Assembly (NCBI RefSeq): GCF_009914755.1
Contig: NC_060933.1
Source: the human T2T-CHM13v2.0 reference genome, Homo sapiens
Length of the DNA stretch: 64,000 nt
Reading direction: 5' to 3' (one strand)
The notes under the pieces are model-generated. The model did no database searches and was not told the DNA's origin. It saw nothing but the letters and a program-made list of their open reading frames with translations. The number at the start of each line of letters is the position of its first letter. Within the stretch, counting starts at the first letter, position 1. Positions 43,534-58,384 of the stretch are shown one piece after another. Made by a program: the position numbers and the translations under genes.

Positions 43534-46500
43534 GAGTCTTTGATTGATATCCTCAATCCCTTTCTTCTTGAGAAGAATCCTTCTCCTCTGGCGAGCATAG
43601 AACAAGGTGCTCCTATGTTCATAAAGTAAAAGCAACAGTTGGATGCAGCTAGCTGGGTGGAAATCAGTAATCTCATTTTTCATGAAGACACGAAAGGCAC
43701 TGCTCTTTCATTGAAAGGGCCTCATCGGCAGAGCCACAGGAAGCCAGGAACATAAATTCCCATTAGTGCCTCCAGGTCCCTGCTAACTGGACAAGAGAGG
43801 CTGTAGGCATGAGCCATTGCTTGTGACTCTAGACTAATTCCTAACAAAGATGATTCACCCCAAAGCTGCTGCTGAGACCAGGTACTGGCAACAATCACTT
43901 AGTGTATCACCCTGAGGTTACAAGTCCACATAAAGTGATGGGCGTGTGGGAGAGGAGGGGGCTTTAGAAAAAGGAGACCTATTCACTCTCTGTCTTTTCA
44001 TCCTCTTTGAGCCTCAATTTCTTCATCTGTATAGTGGGGAGCATGATCCCTAACTCTTAGTTGGTGGGATGGATAAATGGGCTAGTGGTTATAAGCTCAA
44101 TGTCTAAGAAGGATAGCATCTCAAAAAAATGTTATTTTTAAACATTTCTCCTACACTTTCTTTTTCTACTATTTGTTGCAAGATGATTTTGAAAATAGTC
44201 ATCTTCGCTCCATCTGTGACGTCTAGCTACTGAGAAATGGGATTACCGACACTACTCTTCATCAGACTGCTCCTCTTGCTCTGCCCTGTCCTCTCCCTCT
44301 ACCCCCTTCTTCACTTCCCCTTCCCTTTCTCTCTTTCCACACTTCTTTCTCTTCCTTTCTTTCCTTTCCCCTTCCTCCTAATCTTCCTTATCTCATTATC
44401 TTCCACTGTCAGTCTAGCACCAATTATATTCAAAAACTCAATTCAGCAATTCAGCAAATACATGTATGTACGTGTATACACACACACATAGGAATTATAT
44501 TATATATAATTCCTATGCCCATGGCACTACATTAAATATTACGAAATGTAAAATTGGCAAGGAAAAATCTTTGCCTTTAAAGAGGCCTATACTCTAATCT
44601 AATAGAAAAGATAGAAAACTAAACATAAATGAATATGTTGCAAGGTGAGTAAAATAAAAAAAAAATCATACTGTAAATGAGGGGTAATCAAAGAGTTATA
44701 ATGGGATGAGAGGAGGGACATTTTAATCCAGTCCTGTGTATGTGCATGTGTGCATGCAAGATACCATTTTAAATGGTTCCTGAGGACTATGTAGAATGCC
44801 ATTGAGTAGAGATGGGAATGCAAGGTATCTCTGGTAGAGGATACTGCTGAGCAAAGACGAATGGGAAAGAAGAGGGTGAGTTGGAGGAAAGATAATCTGC
44901 GTGATTGCGCGTGTTGGTTATTATCATTGCCTCTTCTAGGAAAGTCCCACCTCCATTGTTCCAATGGGCTTTAGAACTGAAGCTAGAAAGGGAATTTGGG
45001 ACCCCACGAATGTGGGGAAACCATGGAGTGATTTCAGGCAAGCGTCAGTCCTAATAGGCTATGACTTGGGAAGATTAATACAAAGGGGTGAACTGATGTA
45101 TATTGAATAAAGATCCATTGAGAAAAATATTAATTACTTGATTGATTCATAAATAAACTGATCAAACTGAGATTATCTTTGAAGTTGCCAAGTACACTTT
45201 TTATGTATATGTATTTGGTTTAATCCCCTAGACTGTGATCCTCCACTTTGACTAACACAGTGGTTGTTCTTAATATTTGGCACACCATAAATACTTGCTG
45301 TGGTTTTTGTGGAAGGATTTGCTGAGTTCCTGACTATGTAAGGAACACTGCATTTATTCATTCAGCATGTATTTAATGAGCACTTGATATTGGCCAAGCA
45401 CATATGCCATGGAGGATGCAAATATAAATAAAGCAAATATTTTGCAAGTAACACATTGATAGAGGTGGTAAAAATAATACCTAACTTTTTTTAATGCTTA
45501 ATCTAAGCCAGACATAATGTATATTCTTACATGCATAATACAACAACCATAGGAAGTAAGTTAGTAATAGAGGCTCGGAGGCTGCAGTAACTTATCTGAA
45601 ACCTCTCAGCCAGCAAATGGTAGAACTAGTACTGGAACTAAGGTCCGTTTGACTCCAGGGCCTTTTCTTGAAACCACTATTCTACATTGTATCTCCTTAG
45701 ATAAGAAAGAGAGTGACAATGGTCATAATGTAGAAGGTCAGAGAAGCAAAAGAAGCCAGGAGGCTTCTCAGAAGAGGTGGCATTTGGAGAATTCAATGGT
45801 ATGACCCTTCCTGGAAGATGTAACATCCAAAGCAATAGCAAAAACACATGCCCTTTTGAAGAATGCTGTGCATGCAATGTAGCACAGAGAATGGCATACA
45901 GTAGGCCCTCAGGAAATGGTCATTAGGTTGAACTGAATCCAGTATCATGTGGGATAAGAAGTGTAAGGGTTCAAAGAAGAAAACAGAGTTCACTATGGGC
46001 TGAGTGATTCATTCATGTATTCATTCACACAGTCGTACAGCAACTATCTTTTGAGCAGTGTCTATATATCAGTCTCTGTGTATTGTGCCAGAGAGAGAGA
46101 TGGTTCTTATCAAACAAGAATCTAGGACAATTGGAGAGTCAGATTAATAAAAGGATGATGATACTACTGTGTGGCAACTCCTAGAGAAGAAGTTGTGCAG
46201 ACCATCTAATGGCCTGGGGAGGGGAGTTTAGAGAAGCTTACCTGAGAGAGACGAAAAGTTCAGGAATTGGAGAAAGGCTGTGTAAAAGTGCAGGGCAATA
46301 AAAAAATAAAAATAATAGTTTTCAAAAGATGCCTGTAGTGAAATGTAAGAAATGGCATGGGTCTGGAGCATGGATATGGTATATGTTGGGTGATAGCATA
46401 AGGCAAAGCCAAGAAGATTGGCAAGGCTTGCATTTGAACAGCCTGGTGTTAAGTTAAGAAATCTAAACTGTATACCAAAACTTTCACGGAGGCTGTGAAG

Positions 46501-47189
46501 GGCTGTGAGGAGGGAAGCGAGAATCTGATTTGGCTTTAAGAAGATCACGCTGGCTGCTGTGAGTCAACGGATCAGCAGGAGTGAGATCTGAACAAGAAGG
46601 CTGCTTTGACCCTCATTGTACTGATCTGGGGAAGGGAGAAATGATGAGACGAGGAGCTGAACCAAGGCAGAGGGTGGAGAAGGAATGATTCTGATGAGGG
46701 GACATTTGTGCTTGGCATTGAGAGATGGGCCACATTCAATAGAAGAGAGTGAGGATGTCATTTTAGGCATGAAGAGAGTCCGGGTGCATGAGTGATAGGA
46801 AATCTTCTAGTCTAGAAGGAGCTGAGGTTTCAAGCAGAGATAGAAAAAGAAAAGGTCAAAGAAGAGGAAGAAGATGGGAAGAAGAAGAAAAAAGAGGAGG
46901 ATGAAGAGAAGGAAGATAAATGATTTAAGACCAAGAAACCAGATAGACCATTTGAATGTGAAGATTTGGAGAAGGCTCTCAAAACACAAGTCTCGGGTGG
47001 CCCTGTTGGAGATTCAGGCAGAGGGCAGACGATACCTCAAGTTAGTGGTCTTTGACCCCATCTCCCTTCCCTGGCCTACCCTCCCATCTCCTAATGATCT
47101 CTATCCTCCTTGCATTCATCCTTACCTTTTGGAAATTGGGAATAAGCTAATGACCTCACTCAATTTTTCAGGGGAAATACCTTATGACA

Positions 47190-47360
47190 TTGAATCTACA
47201 AATCTAAGATGATATTTACTATAAAACACACCACTGTTTTATGTATACTAAGAAAATAATACCCTGCCAAATTAAACTAAGACACATCATCAATAATAAA
47301 AAGCATTCTAATTTCAGAGGTATTAAAATCTGAAAAATCATACAATTTAAAATCTATGAT
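47190..47360 (-). mobile_element. MER104-like Tc2 MITE
   Basis: TCTAAGATG...CTGCCAAATTAAACTA...TTTCAGAGGTATTAAAA. Confidence 0.55.
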
Positions 47361-47389
47361 AGGCAATCAAGAAATAAAGATCAAGAAAA

Positions 47390-48885
47390 TGTCTCCATTA
47401 TCACATGTACAAATTGTACTAGCCTCTGATCTCAGGTTCTCCTTTCCCTCTCTGCCAAGAATATGTGCTCCTATCTAAGGCAAATAATTCCAGTTATGCA
47501 CAAGACCCTATTCACTCTTGCCTGCTCCACTTTGATTGTAAAACCATTCCTCCCATTTTTGCAGTATCAATTTTTCCCTCTCTACAGAATAATTCTCAAC
47601 ATTAGACAAAAGTTTTGTTGCTTCTATATTAAAAAGAAAAGAAAAATATCACTTTACTCCTGATCACCTTAAGCTATTGTGCCATTTACTATAATACTAC
47701 TCTGTAGAGTTTGCCCTTGAATTTCACTTGAATTTGCTCCAGAATTTCACCCCCAGAATTCCATTGAAAACATCCTTTGTCATCAGTGACCCATGTGTTG
47801 CTAAATATCATCCTCAGTTCTCAGTCCTCACTTTAATTATACTATTAGCAGTATTTGACGCAGTTACTGCTGTCTCTGTTTTGAAAAACTTTCCTTATAT
47901 AACATCCAAGATTCTATACTCTCTTGTCTCTCTTCTTACTTTTCTGGCCACTCTCCAGCTTCCTTTTCTTGTTCCTCATCATCATTCTATCATCGCAACT
48001 TTTAACATTAATTTCTCCATGGCACAATAACTGAATTTTTTTTTCTCTATCTACCCTCTCTCCCAAAGTAATCTTGTTCAATCTCAGATAATTAAATAGT
48101 ATTTATATCCTAATTTATATTTTCAGTTTTCTCCTCTTACCTTTCAAATGTCTTCCACTCAACATCTACATTTGGATATCGAATAGATTTGTCAAACGTA
48201 GGTTCCAACTCATCTAGGTTTGAACGCATTTTCACATGTCCCATCAAAACTGGTCCTTACCAGTCTCATCATAGCAATGTGACAATTCTACCATTGTAGT
48301 TGCTCAGGCAAAACTTTGGGGTCATCCTTGACTTCTCTCTCTCACAAATACTTTTGAGTTCATTACCAAATCATGTCAGGCTAACCTTAAAAATTCATCC
48401 ATAAATTCAGTCACCTCTCACCACCTTCATTGCAACTGTCATGATCTAAGCCACTGTGTTCTCTCACCTGGATAAACATGACAGCCTCCTAACAACTGAT
48501 ATCCTACAACTGTTCTTGCCCTCTACAGTCTTTCTTACTTAATAGCTGTAGTTATCTATTTAAAATCTAAGTCAGGTCAAGTTACTTCTCTGCCTAAATT
48601 TTCAATTGCTTCTCATTGCATCTAGAGTAAAATCTGATATAAAGTTTTTGCCATGTTCTACAAGTTTCTACATGACCTGCTCCTTCATTATTTCTCTGAT
48701 TATAAAGAAGTTTTTTTATTTATTGTCTGCTTTTGCCATATCCACACATCAATTATAAGCTCAAAATGATTCATTTATCTTATTCACTGCTGTATATCTG
48801 GCTTTAAAAACATACCTGACCATACAGTTGGTGCTCTGTAAATATTGCTAAATAAATAAATTAGTAAATGTATGAAAGAATAAAT
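47390..48885 (+). mobile_element. Long L2 (L2a-like) fragment
   Basis: CAGTGACCCATGTGTTGCTAAAT, GTTGCTCAGGCAAAACTTTGGGGTCATCCTTGAC, L2-type tail. Confidence 0.75.
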
Positions 48886-49789
48886 TTCTGTATCATCCAC
48901 AGATTTCAGCAAAATATTCTCTCTGCATCCCTTTCCACATCAGGGAGCTACTGAGGCACAGCTTTGCTCCCTGTATACTTCGCCATATGGATACTAGATT
49001 AAATTACATGACAATGTTGGTGAAACATTCAATGGGCTTCTTGGAAAGAGAAGTATGAAAATAAGAAGTTATCATTATGCCATTAGTGTTATTACCACTA
49101 TTTGAGCTGTTACTGCTATGACTACTAATAGCCTCTGATCATTCTCATGATGCTTTCTTTCTCATTTCTAATCTCCTCCAATCCTGTTCTTTCTTTTTTT
49201 TTTTCTATTTTGCTTTACGTTTGCCTTGTTTTAATAAACATTTCATGAAACATCACAAGGTGAAAGTCATTAGAGTGCCATTGATATTGTTCTCAATCCA
49301 CCAAAGTAGCCTTCTGCAGAATCTGCCCTCCCAGCCTCATTCAAAGGAATGAGAAGAGGAAGAGAGAAATATAGAGGAAACACATTTGAAGAAGCTTGAA
49401 GTTAGGCTGAGTTAAAACTGCAGTTCAGCCACTTATTAAATAACCTCTCTAGGCCCTGGTTTCTTCACCTGCAAAAATGAGAATGTTATTTATGCCTTCT
49501 TCATGGGAATCATGTTGAGGATTAAAAATATAATAAATACAATTATAAAATAAAAACAAGTTAAAAATATACATAAATAAGCAAAAATAAATCTAATAAA
49601 AATAAATTAGCACAATCTCTGGCATATGAGGAAGCACTGAAAAAAATAATATCTATTGTCATTCCTGGCTCCTCTAACCTCAGTTCATGCAGCCTGTCCT
49701 CCAGCTGGGCTGAACCACCTCCCACTTTCCCATGCCTCTCCCCTTTATTCATGTTCTTTCTTTGCAGAGGATGTCAACATGGGACATGT

Positions 49790-50920
49790 TATTAAATAAA
49801 ACCTAAATAGATACGTATTGTATACACAGAAATGCATACATACAAATAAAGCATGTGCAGCTTTTTGAATTTTCACAAAGCAAACACATCCATGTATTAC
49901 CAACCGGATTTAAAAAACAGAACATTACCAATATCCCCAGAAATGTCTCTCACCCCTTCAGCCACTACCCCATTCCTCTCCCTAAAGGTTAACACTCTCT
50001 GGACTCCTAAAACCGTGTATTTGTTTTTACTTTTTTTTCACCCATCTAGGAATAGAATCCCACAGCCTGTACTCATTTACGTCTAACTTGTTTCACTCAA
50101 TGCTGTGTTTGTAAGATTCTTCCATATTGTTGTATGAAACAGTGGTTTATTCTTTCTTATTTCTGTATAGTAAGCTCATTGTATGAATGTATGACAATTT
50201 ATTTATCCATTTTCTTGTTGATGGACATTTGGGTTGTTTCCAGTTGGAGTTATTTGAAATAGAGTTGCTGTGAACATTTATGTCTTCTGGTGAGCATGTT
50301 TTCATAGGAGTCAGGATTGATGGGTCATTGACCAAGGACACGTGCAGTCTTTTGTAGATACTGCCAAGAATTTTCCGAAGTGATTGTACCAATTTGTGTT
50401 CCTATAAGCAATGTGCCTAAGTTCCCATTGCTTCACATTGTCCCTCCTTGATATTGTCAGTCTTTTTGATTTGAGTCATGCTCATTGCTGTGTTATATTA
50501 AATTGTGACTTTAATTTACACTTTTTTTCCTGACTAGGAGAGTTGAGCACCTAAGTGTTTATTTGGCATTTTGACACTCTTGTTTGTGAAGTGCTTGTTC
50601 ATGTCTTTCATTCATTTTCTTTTCTTACAAGACTATTTCCCTTTTTCTTTTTGACTTCAGAAGTTTTAAAAATATGTATATTCTGTATTCTATAAGTGTT
50701 CTTTGTCAGGCACATGTATTACAAATATTTTCTTCCACTCTATGGCTCATATTCTTATAATATTAATAGTATTTTGATGAACATAAATTATAATTTTAAT
50801 GTATCCAATTTATTAGCCTTTTTTTCTTATACTTAGTGTTTTTTTGCATCCTACTGAATAAAAATGAGCTCACTCAAAAATCATGAGATAATCTGTCTTA
50901 TATTTTAGAAGTACTTTTGT
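49790..50920 (-). mobile_element. Old L1 (L1ME-like) 3' fragment
   Basis: GATGGACATTTGGGTTGTTTCCAG; ORF 50147..50392 carries the L1 ORF2 C-terminal WKQPKCPS motif. Confidence 0.8.
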
Positions 50921-52944
50921 TTTGCCTTCCACTAGGAGAATATGATACTTCCTCAGATATTTTTTTTCCTATGACTCCTCTAGACAGAATGAATCTGAAC
51001 AGACAGAATGAATCACTCCCTTTTCTGAATCCCCATAATGCCATGTCTTATTTTATTATGACTATTAGGTTATATATTATCTTGAGTCATAGATACTTGC
51101 CCATCTATCCTTTCTATCTCATCCCCACAAGCCATTCACCCAATTGTCTAAATTCTATATGGTCTTTTCACTAAATCCTCGTCATAATGCCTCCTAAGTA
51201 ACTCTGGGATTGCTCCATTTCTGTCCATCTCAACTGGTACCCCCATGGTCTAAATCCGTGGCATTTCCTCTTGAGTTCTGTAGTAGCCCCCTAAATGTCA
51301 CCAACCTCTAATCCACCCCCTCTAATTAACTGTCCACACAAGAGTCAGAATGATCTTCTAAAATATCAATCTCTTCATGCTACTTCTTTTTAAAAAACCA
51401 TTCCATGGTATCCATTGCTCTCAAATTAACTTTCAACTCATTAATGTGCTGCAGAAGCCTTCTAGGACTTGAAAGATTATCTTGTCTTTCTCACCATTGA
51501 TGTCTGTGCTTTAATTTCACATGAGTTTCTTATTTCTTTGAATACCCCTTCATAAAGATCCTCTGTCTGCCTCTCTATCCATGCCTCTGTCCTCCTATTC
51601 ATCCTTCAGGTCTTATCCTATATATCTTTTTGGCAGAAAACTTTCCTGACTCCCTGGTACGTTAAGTCCCTATGCTATCTCGTGCCATATAAACCTTATA
51701 CTTTTTCTCCATTAAAATTTATTATGCCTACTCTTGTTTGTTTGAAGCTCATCTTTTCTAATAGAATGTATATTTCCTTGGGGCAGAAACAATGTCTGTC
51801 TTGTTCACGACTTTATTTTTTTTGTCTATCTCATTACCAACATGAGTTCTTCAAAAAATATATTTGTTGACTTGAACTGATTTATGATTATATGCCTGGG
51901 GTCTAGTATTGGCTTTGGCATGTAGTTAGTCTCAATAAAGGTTTTATAATTCATCATTTTCATAAAATCCTAGAATCAGTGTTGAGAAGAACTTAAAACC
52001 ACCTGCCTCAATCACCCAACCTAACTGATGCTTAAATAATCTCTATAACATTTGCACCAAATATAATCTACTTATAATTCTCTGACAACAGGGAGTGACT
52101 GCATCCTTCAGCAGATCATTCCAGATTTGGTCATAAATGTGTACTAGAAAGATCCATTTTACATTGAGTTAAAAGCTGGGATCCTTGTAACTTCTCCCTT
52201 CCTACTAGATTGGGATTGGTCCATTTTATTAATATTAATGGGATTGATTATCTTTTCTGCAAGGCAGCCTTTTAGATACCTGCAGCAAGTAATTTTTGCT
52301 TCAATTTAACCTTCTTTTACTATTTATCATAGTAAAACACTTTCTCAAGAAAAACTGCAGTTTCTCAACATCCCTCCTGGAGTGTGATGCTCAAACACGG
52401 ATCCAATCCTCCAGGTGTACTCTAACCCATCTAGGGTAGGACAGTAGGCCTGCTACCACCCTTTCCATTCACAGCATCCTTCTAATAATGTTATCATGGC
52501 AGATCTAGATTTTGGAGAACATAAGTCTTATACACTAGCTGTTTTATTTAAAAAATAAATTCAAAATTAGATAGGAAATCAAGTGTGTATTTAGAATGAG
52601 AAAAGGTGGGTACTTGGAAGGTGCAGAATCCTTGAACCTTAAGCTTCATTGGCTTCAGGTAAATCAACCTCTAAATGTCCCTAAGATCTCAGTAATTTCC
52701 TTGGTAGGAATATGTCATTAATTCCTTCTATTTCTGTTCCAATTATAACTCACAATCTTTCCACCCTCAGTATGCACAGCAGGGTGATCAAACACAGACT
52801 GGAGCTTCACTGCCTGGATTCAAATCCTGGCTCCCACTTCACACAGTCTCTACAGGTATCGCATGAACTAACACATTGAAAACCCTGGCACACACAAGGA
52901 AGATCTGTCTTTCTTATCTACTTTCTTAACAGGCATTAGTAAAT

Positions 52945-53015
52945 CTTTCTGTCTACTCTTTTTTCTGTCTACTCTTTTTTCTGCTACTCTTTTCTGTCTA
53001 CTCTTTTTTCTGCTA
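52945..53015. repeat. Tandem repeat of CTG(T)CTACTC-T(4-6), about 4.5 copies
   Basis: Read directly from the sequence. Confidence 0.9.
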
Positions 53016-53517
53016 AAGAGGGCAGGGTTACGCTCCATGTATTTAAGTTTCTAGTGTGTTGTGTTTTGTTATTTAATAGTAAACCACTTTCTTGGCCTGA
53101 ATTTCCCTGAGGGATTTTCATTCACTGCCCTCAAGTGACACTACCAAGCCCTCCATGCATGTTAGAAAACAGAAGATATTTTCTAACCACCTTCTGTAAC
53201 GGGAGCATGAATCAAAGAGTTGCCAAAAGGAACCAGAAAATAAAAGTCACATTAGTCTCCTCTTAGCTTTACCTGCCAATCTCAACCCAACTTCCTCCCA
53301 CTGACATTCAGAATCACCTTTATCATATACCTTTCTAGAAGGTCACATTTTTAGTCTGCTCAAAGTTAAAGCATGTCATTTTTTTTTCTGACTCTAAAGT
53401 TAATACATGATCATTGTAGAGAAGTTAGAAAAGAAATTAGATGCCTAAAATACATCATCAGTAACCTAGAGATCCAGAAGTAAGCTCTTCTAATACCTGG
53501 GCATATTTTCTTGCTAC

Positions 53518-53829
53518 ATTATTATTATTATTATTATTATTATTTTGAGGTGGAGTCTTGCTCTGTTGCCCAGGCTGGAGTGTAGTGGTGCATGATCTTG
53601 GCTCACTGTAAACTCTGCCTCCCGGGTTCATGCCCTTCTCCCACCTCAGCTTCCCGAGTAGCTGGGACTACAGGCGCCTGCCACCACGCTTGGCTAACTT
53701 TTTGTATTTTTAGTAGAGACGGGGTTTCACCGCGTTAGCCAGGATGGTCTCAATCTCCTGACCTCGTGATCCGCCCGCCTCGGCCTCCCAAAGTGCTGGG
53801 ATTATAGGCATGAGCCACCGCGCCTGGCC
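53518..53829 (-). mobile_element. AluY-like SINE with an (ATT)n tail
   Basis: Y diagnostics (GTTAGCCAGGATGGTCTC, CTCGTGATCCGCCCGCC), CpG-rich. Confidence 0.92.
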
Positions 53830-54128
53830 ATTATTATTATTAGTACTGAGACAGAGTCTTGCTCTGTCGCCTAGGCTGGAGTGCAGTGGCGCAATCTCGG
53901 TTCACTGCAATTTCGGCCTCCTGGGTTCAAACGATTCTCCTGCCTCATCCTTCTGAATAGCTCGGACTATAGGCGCACACCACCGCGCCCAGCTAATTTT
54001 TGTATTTTTAGTAGAGACTGGGCTTCACCATATTGGCCAGGCTGGACTTAAACTCCTGACCTCGTGATCCACCCACCTCAGCCTCCCAAAGTGCTGGGAT
54101 TACAGGTGTGAGCCACTGCACCCTGCCT
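53830..54128 (-). mobile_element. AluS SINE, tandem with the preceding AluY
   Basis: Second complete Alu directly adjacent, separated by ATTATTATTATT. Confidence 0.92.
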
Positions 54129-54822
54129 ATTTTTATTATCTCTTTAAATTATTAAGATCATGCCACCCATTCCATCAGAAACCTTTTATTTATTAACATT
54201 ATATCACATTATTTTTACATATTATTGGAAATTCTTTATAAACATCAGTACCAGTTTAATATTATGTTGTATTAATGCAATATAATTCACTTAGTCTTCA
54301 CATGTGAAAAATTAAAATCCTTACTTTTTTTGATATAATACATTATGCTTTTTAAAAACAGTGCTATGTGTACTTAAAGCCTTGTCCAACTTTTCCCTGC
54401 AATCTCCTCTCCTTTTTATGATGTGAATTAATAAAGATGAAATTACTATTTTAAAGGATATATTTTCTTTAAAATAATGTATATGGAGCCCCAAACATAA
54501 ACTTGACATATACAGCATATACAGACACCAAAGAAATGTAGATATTTATAAATACAAATTAATTAAAGCTCACATTTCCTTACTATCTGAAAACTAATTA
54601 ATAATCATGAATTTACTGTCCTGCATATGTTAAAAAATTCTAAATATATATGTATACACGGTATCATAACTGTCTAATTTCCATATTTGCAGTTTTCATT
54701 AGATTTTCTATGCTTCCTCTTCTTTATTCTCCCTTCACTCCATCCCTCCTGATCCCCTCTCCCACATATCACATCCATGATGTTTCCCCCAACTGACCCC
54801 ACTTTTTCCACTGGCTTCCTAC

Positions 54823-54928
54823 CTTGAAGGTGCAGTTTGCTCTCCGTGCTTTGCAGAAGGACGGAACTCACAGAGTCCAGATTGTCATAGCTGTTACAGC
54901 CCAGAGGCCCAGTGCGTGTCTCTGTGAC
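54823..54928 (-). CDS. BRINP1: BRINP1 coding exon (exon 5, 106 bp): [35 protein letters not shown](G)
   Basis: Acceptor ctgcag|GTC, donor CAAG|gtagga. Phase 0 start follows exon 4; phase 1 end joins exon 6. Partly seen in ORF 54674..54871. Confidence 0.96.
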
Positions 54929-56156
54929 CTGCAGTAGATATCAAATAAGATAGGTGTGAGACAGCAGTCCTTGTCTAGGACATACCCCAAAGAGTCATGC
55001 CCCAGCAGAGCAAAGCCTGCAGAAAAGGCCTCCTGGTTTGAGTCAATGGTCACTTTCTGAGCTTCGTGCTTGTGTCTGGGACCAAGCACAGCTGTCACTG
55101 AGTAGACAGGTAAGCAGGGTGGTCAAGCATACAGAGTGCATGCCTGTTCCTACCACTGGTTCTCACTTCACACGGTGGCTGCAAGTAGACATGAACTTAG
55201 AAGTTGACACATTATATTTCAAAAGCATTGGCTTTGGAATCAGAAAAAATAGTGTTAAATCCTGCCTAGGCCATGTATTTACCCTGGGACCTAGGGAAGC
55301 CAATTAATTTCTCTAAGTATCTGCAAATCAAAGCTAGTAAATCTCTTCCAGAGAGGTTGTGAGACCAGGTACGATGGGTCTAAACGCCTGGCACATGGCA
55401 TGTGTTCCATAATGGGTACCTTATTACAAAATGGCTCTATAAGTTATAATGAGTACATATACACTATTATTAGGCAAGAACAAGAAAACGATGCCCATTT
55501 TCCTAAAGAAGTTTTAGCAAGAAGCATTGTGCTGCCACAGGAGAAAATGACCCAATCCTGTGGATGTGCATTTCCAAAACATTGTCTTAGAAAGACTTGA
55601 GGTAGTGGGTAAGAGAGGAACAGCTATTCAAAAAGATAACCTTGAAATAAGAATGGCTTAGTATGAAAAGAAGCCTCTTCATTTATTTAGCCTTTGCTTC
55701 CCATTATTTAGGGTTGTTTTGAAGTTTGCATTCAGCTATAAAAACACAGCATCCATTGTAAGGAACAATGACTTGGGAGGCAGCCACATGCACCTTCTCT
55801 GCCCTTTTCCAGCTGTGAAACCTTGGATCAGTAACTTTCTCTTTCTAAGCCTCAACTTCCCCATCTATAAAATGTTAGTAATGCTATTAGTCACCAAAAT
55901 AGGGTCAAGAGATTATATTTTTGAAGGGTTTAGCACTTCGGGTGCAGTCATATTTAGTAAATGGGGAATAATTAGGTTTTGTATTTTTCGTTTTGTTTTA
56001 CAAATAATTTATTTTTATATAAAAATAATAACATATTTATTATTGAGAGAGAGTAAAACTTACCAATTTACTTTCCTAAAGATACCTCTGCTGGGGAGAA
56101 TGGTGAATGGGCAAAACTTCTCCGCCCGGGTTAGTGGCTGGTCTTAAACAGACCCA

Positions 56157-56543
<387 letters not shown>

Positions 56544-57269
56544 TTAAGTGCAGAAGACAGTGCCTACCATAAGAAATGGTTTCTTGAGTGGCCTCTGCAA
56601 TTTCTCTGAGAAATTCCTCCTATGGAGGCAGACTGCACTTCTAGGATACACGAAGGAGGATTATCTTCTGACAGAGCTTCAATATCTCAATTCCACATCC
56701 CATCCAGCGAGGAGAGAACCATTTGGTGATAATGAAAACCAGGCCTCTGCAGCACTCTGACTCCGATGGCTTCATAAAGATCCATCTCTCTGTGCTGAGT
56801 TCCCTAACAACATAATCTCCCAAATACAGGCGATTCTTTTCGGATAAACTGGCCCTTTGTTTGTTGGTCTGATTTATTTCTCTCCTTACTACCTCCCTGC
56901 TCAGTAACTCTCTCCCTCCCACACTTTTCTCTCTCCTTAGTCAATTTCTGACTCATCTGCCAGCCTTGGCAGGGTAAGACCCCTTGGCCTTATCCTCACC
57001 GTTTTTCCCTATAGATATCTTGGAAAGTCTTAATATAAGGCTAGGTCTGCATTTTCTTTAGAAGAAATTAGAGTAAAGACTGAGATGTAAAATGCAGGCA
57101 TAATCTGGTTAAAGAACATTTGAGATGGAAACATCTGCACTAAAACCCTCAGAAGAGCAAACATTTTATGTCGAGGATGTCCTCCCACATTCGCTTTATA
57201 GAGGCTGTCTGAATTTGTTGTGTTTAAAATGGAATCTTGTTAAAGTTCCTGTGCTCTAAGCACTGAATT

Positions 57270-57680
57270 GAAAGTCCAGGGCTGCTTTTCTCAATGTGAC
57301 CATTTAATTTTTAATTAGCTAAAATGGAATAAACTTAAACAATGAGCTCCTTGGTAGCCATATTTTAGGTGTTCAATAACCCCAGGTGACTAGTGGCTAC
57401 TATCTCGGCTAGCACAGATACAGGGCCTTTCCACCATCTTAGAAGGTACTACTGGACGGTGCTGGTGTAGGCGAGCCTAGATCAGCAAACCACAGAGTGC
57501 CTGTTTTGGTAAATATAGTCATATTGGAATACAGCCATGCCCATTTGTTTTTATATCATCTATGGCTGCTTTTATGCTACAACAGCAGGGTTGAGTAATA
57601 GCAACACAGGCCATACAGCCCACCATGCCTAAAATAATTATTGTTTGGTCTTGTACAGAAAACTTTTGCTGACTGCTGGT
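57270..57680. mobile_element. Adjacent MER3-like and MER58A hAT MITEs
   Basis: GACTAGTGGCTACT...CTACTGGACGGTGCTG, then TATTGGAATACAGCCATGCCCATTTGTTT...CCTAAAATA. Confidence 0.7.
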
Positions 57681-58214
57681 CTTGAGAGCAGAGTTCTAGT
57701 CCCTGTTAAGTTATTCTCTAACTGTATAACCCTCAGAAAAAGGCTTTAAACCTTTAGCCTCAGTTTTCCCATCTTTAAAATGGTGAGTGGGGAGGAAAGA
57801 ATAAAAAACATAGATGTTTAAAATATTACTGAGCTAGGCATCAGTAATCTAATCGCTGCTATCTCTGAGACCTCGGGAAAATCATTTACCTCTTCATAGT
57901 CTCTGTTTCTTCTCTAGAAAGGGGATCTGATAATCTCCATACAGAAGACTGAATGAGAGAACTGTTGATAGTTATGCCATGACTACAGCCAGAATACTCT
58001 AGCAAATCAGTACATATGGCCACTGGAATGACAGTGCACATTGATATTAATTACAGGGTATGTGACAATATCAGTCAAAGCAGCTGGCAGAGGGCATCAC
58101 GAGCTACATGGTTATGAACCCAGAAATTACATCTGTCCATCCACTCTCAGAATGCCTGCATTGCAGTGTTGTTGTATTGAGAACCTGTCGCCCAAATCCA
58201 CCCCGGAGCTGTAC

Positions 58215-58384
58215 CTTGATTGCTCCAGTTGATATCTGGATCTCATGAAGCCTCCTCATGGTACCATCACGGTCAACAAAGTAGGATGATGCGAGCTGGT
58301 GCAGAGCTTCAACACTTTGAGTGGCATTCCCTGACTTCCTGTCGAGGCGACTTTTGTCCATATACATGGTCAAAGCCTCCTCCC
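58215..58384 (-). CDS. BRINP1: BRINP1 coding exon (exon 4, 170 bp), MACPF region: [57 protein letters not shown]
   Basis: Acceptor ccatccag|GG (AG at 58386-58385) after a pyrimidine tract; donor AAG|gtacag. Embedded in ORF 58104..58496. N-A-T glycosylation sequon. Confidence 0.96.

Noticed and set aside
46807-47212. Basic ORF MGRRRKKRRMKRRK (protamine- or NLS-like)
   Set aside because: Produced by a low-complexity GA-rich tract; no splice or promoter support.
55719-56147. 142-aa + strand ORF
   Set aside because: Non-ATG start, runs through a MIR and AT-rich sequence, and resembles no protein I recognise.
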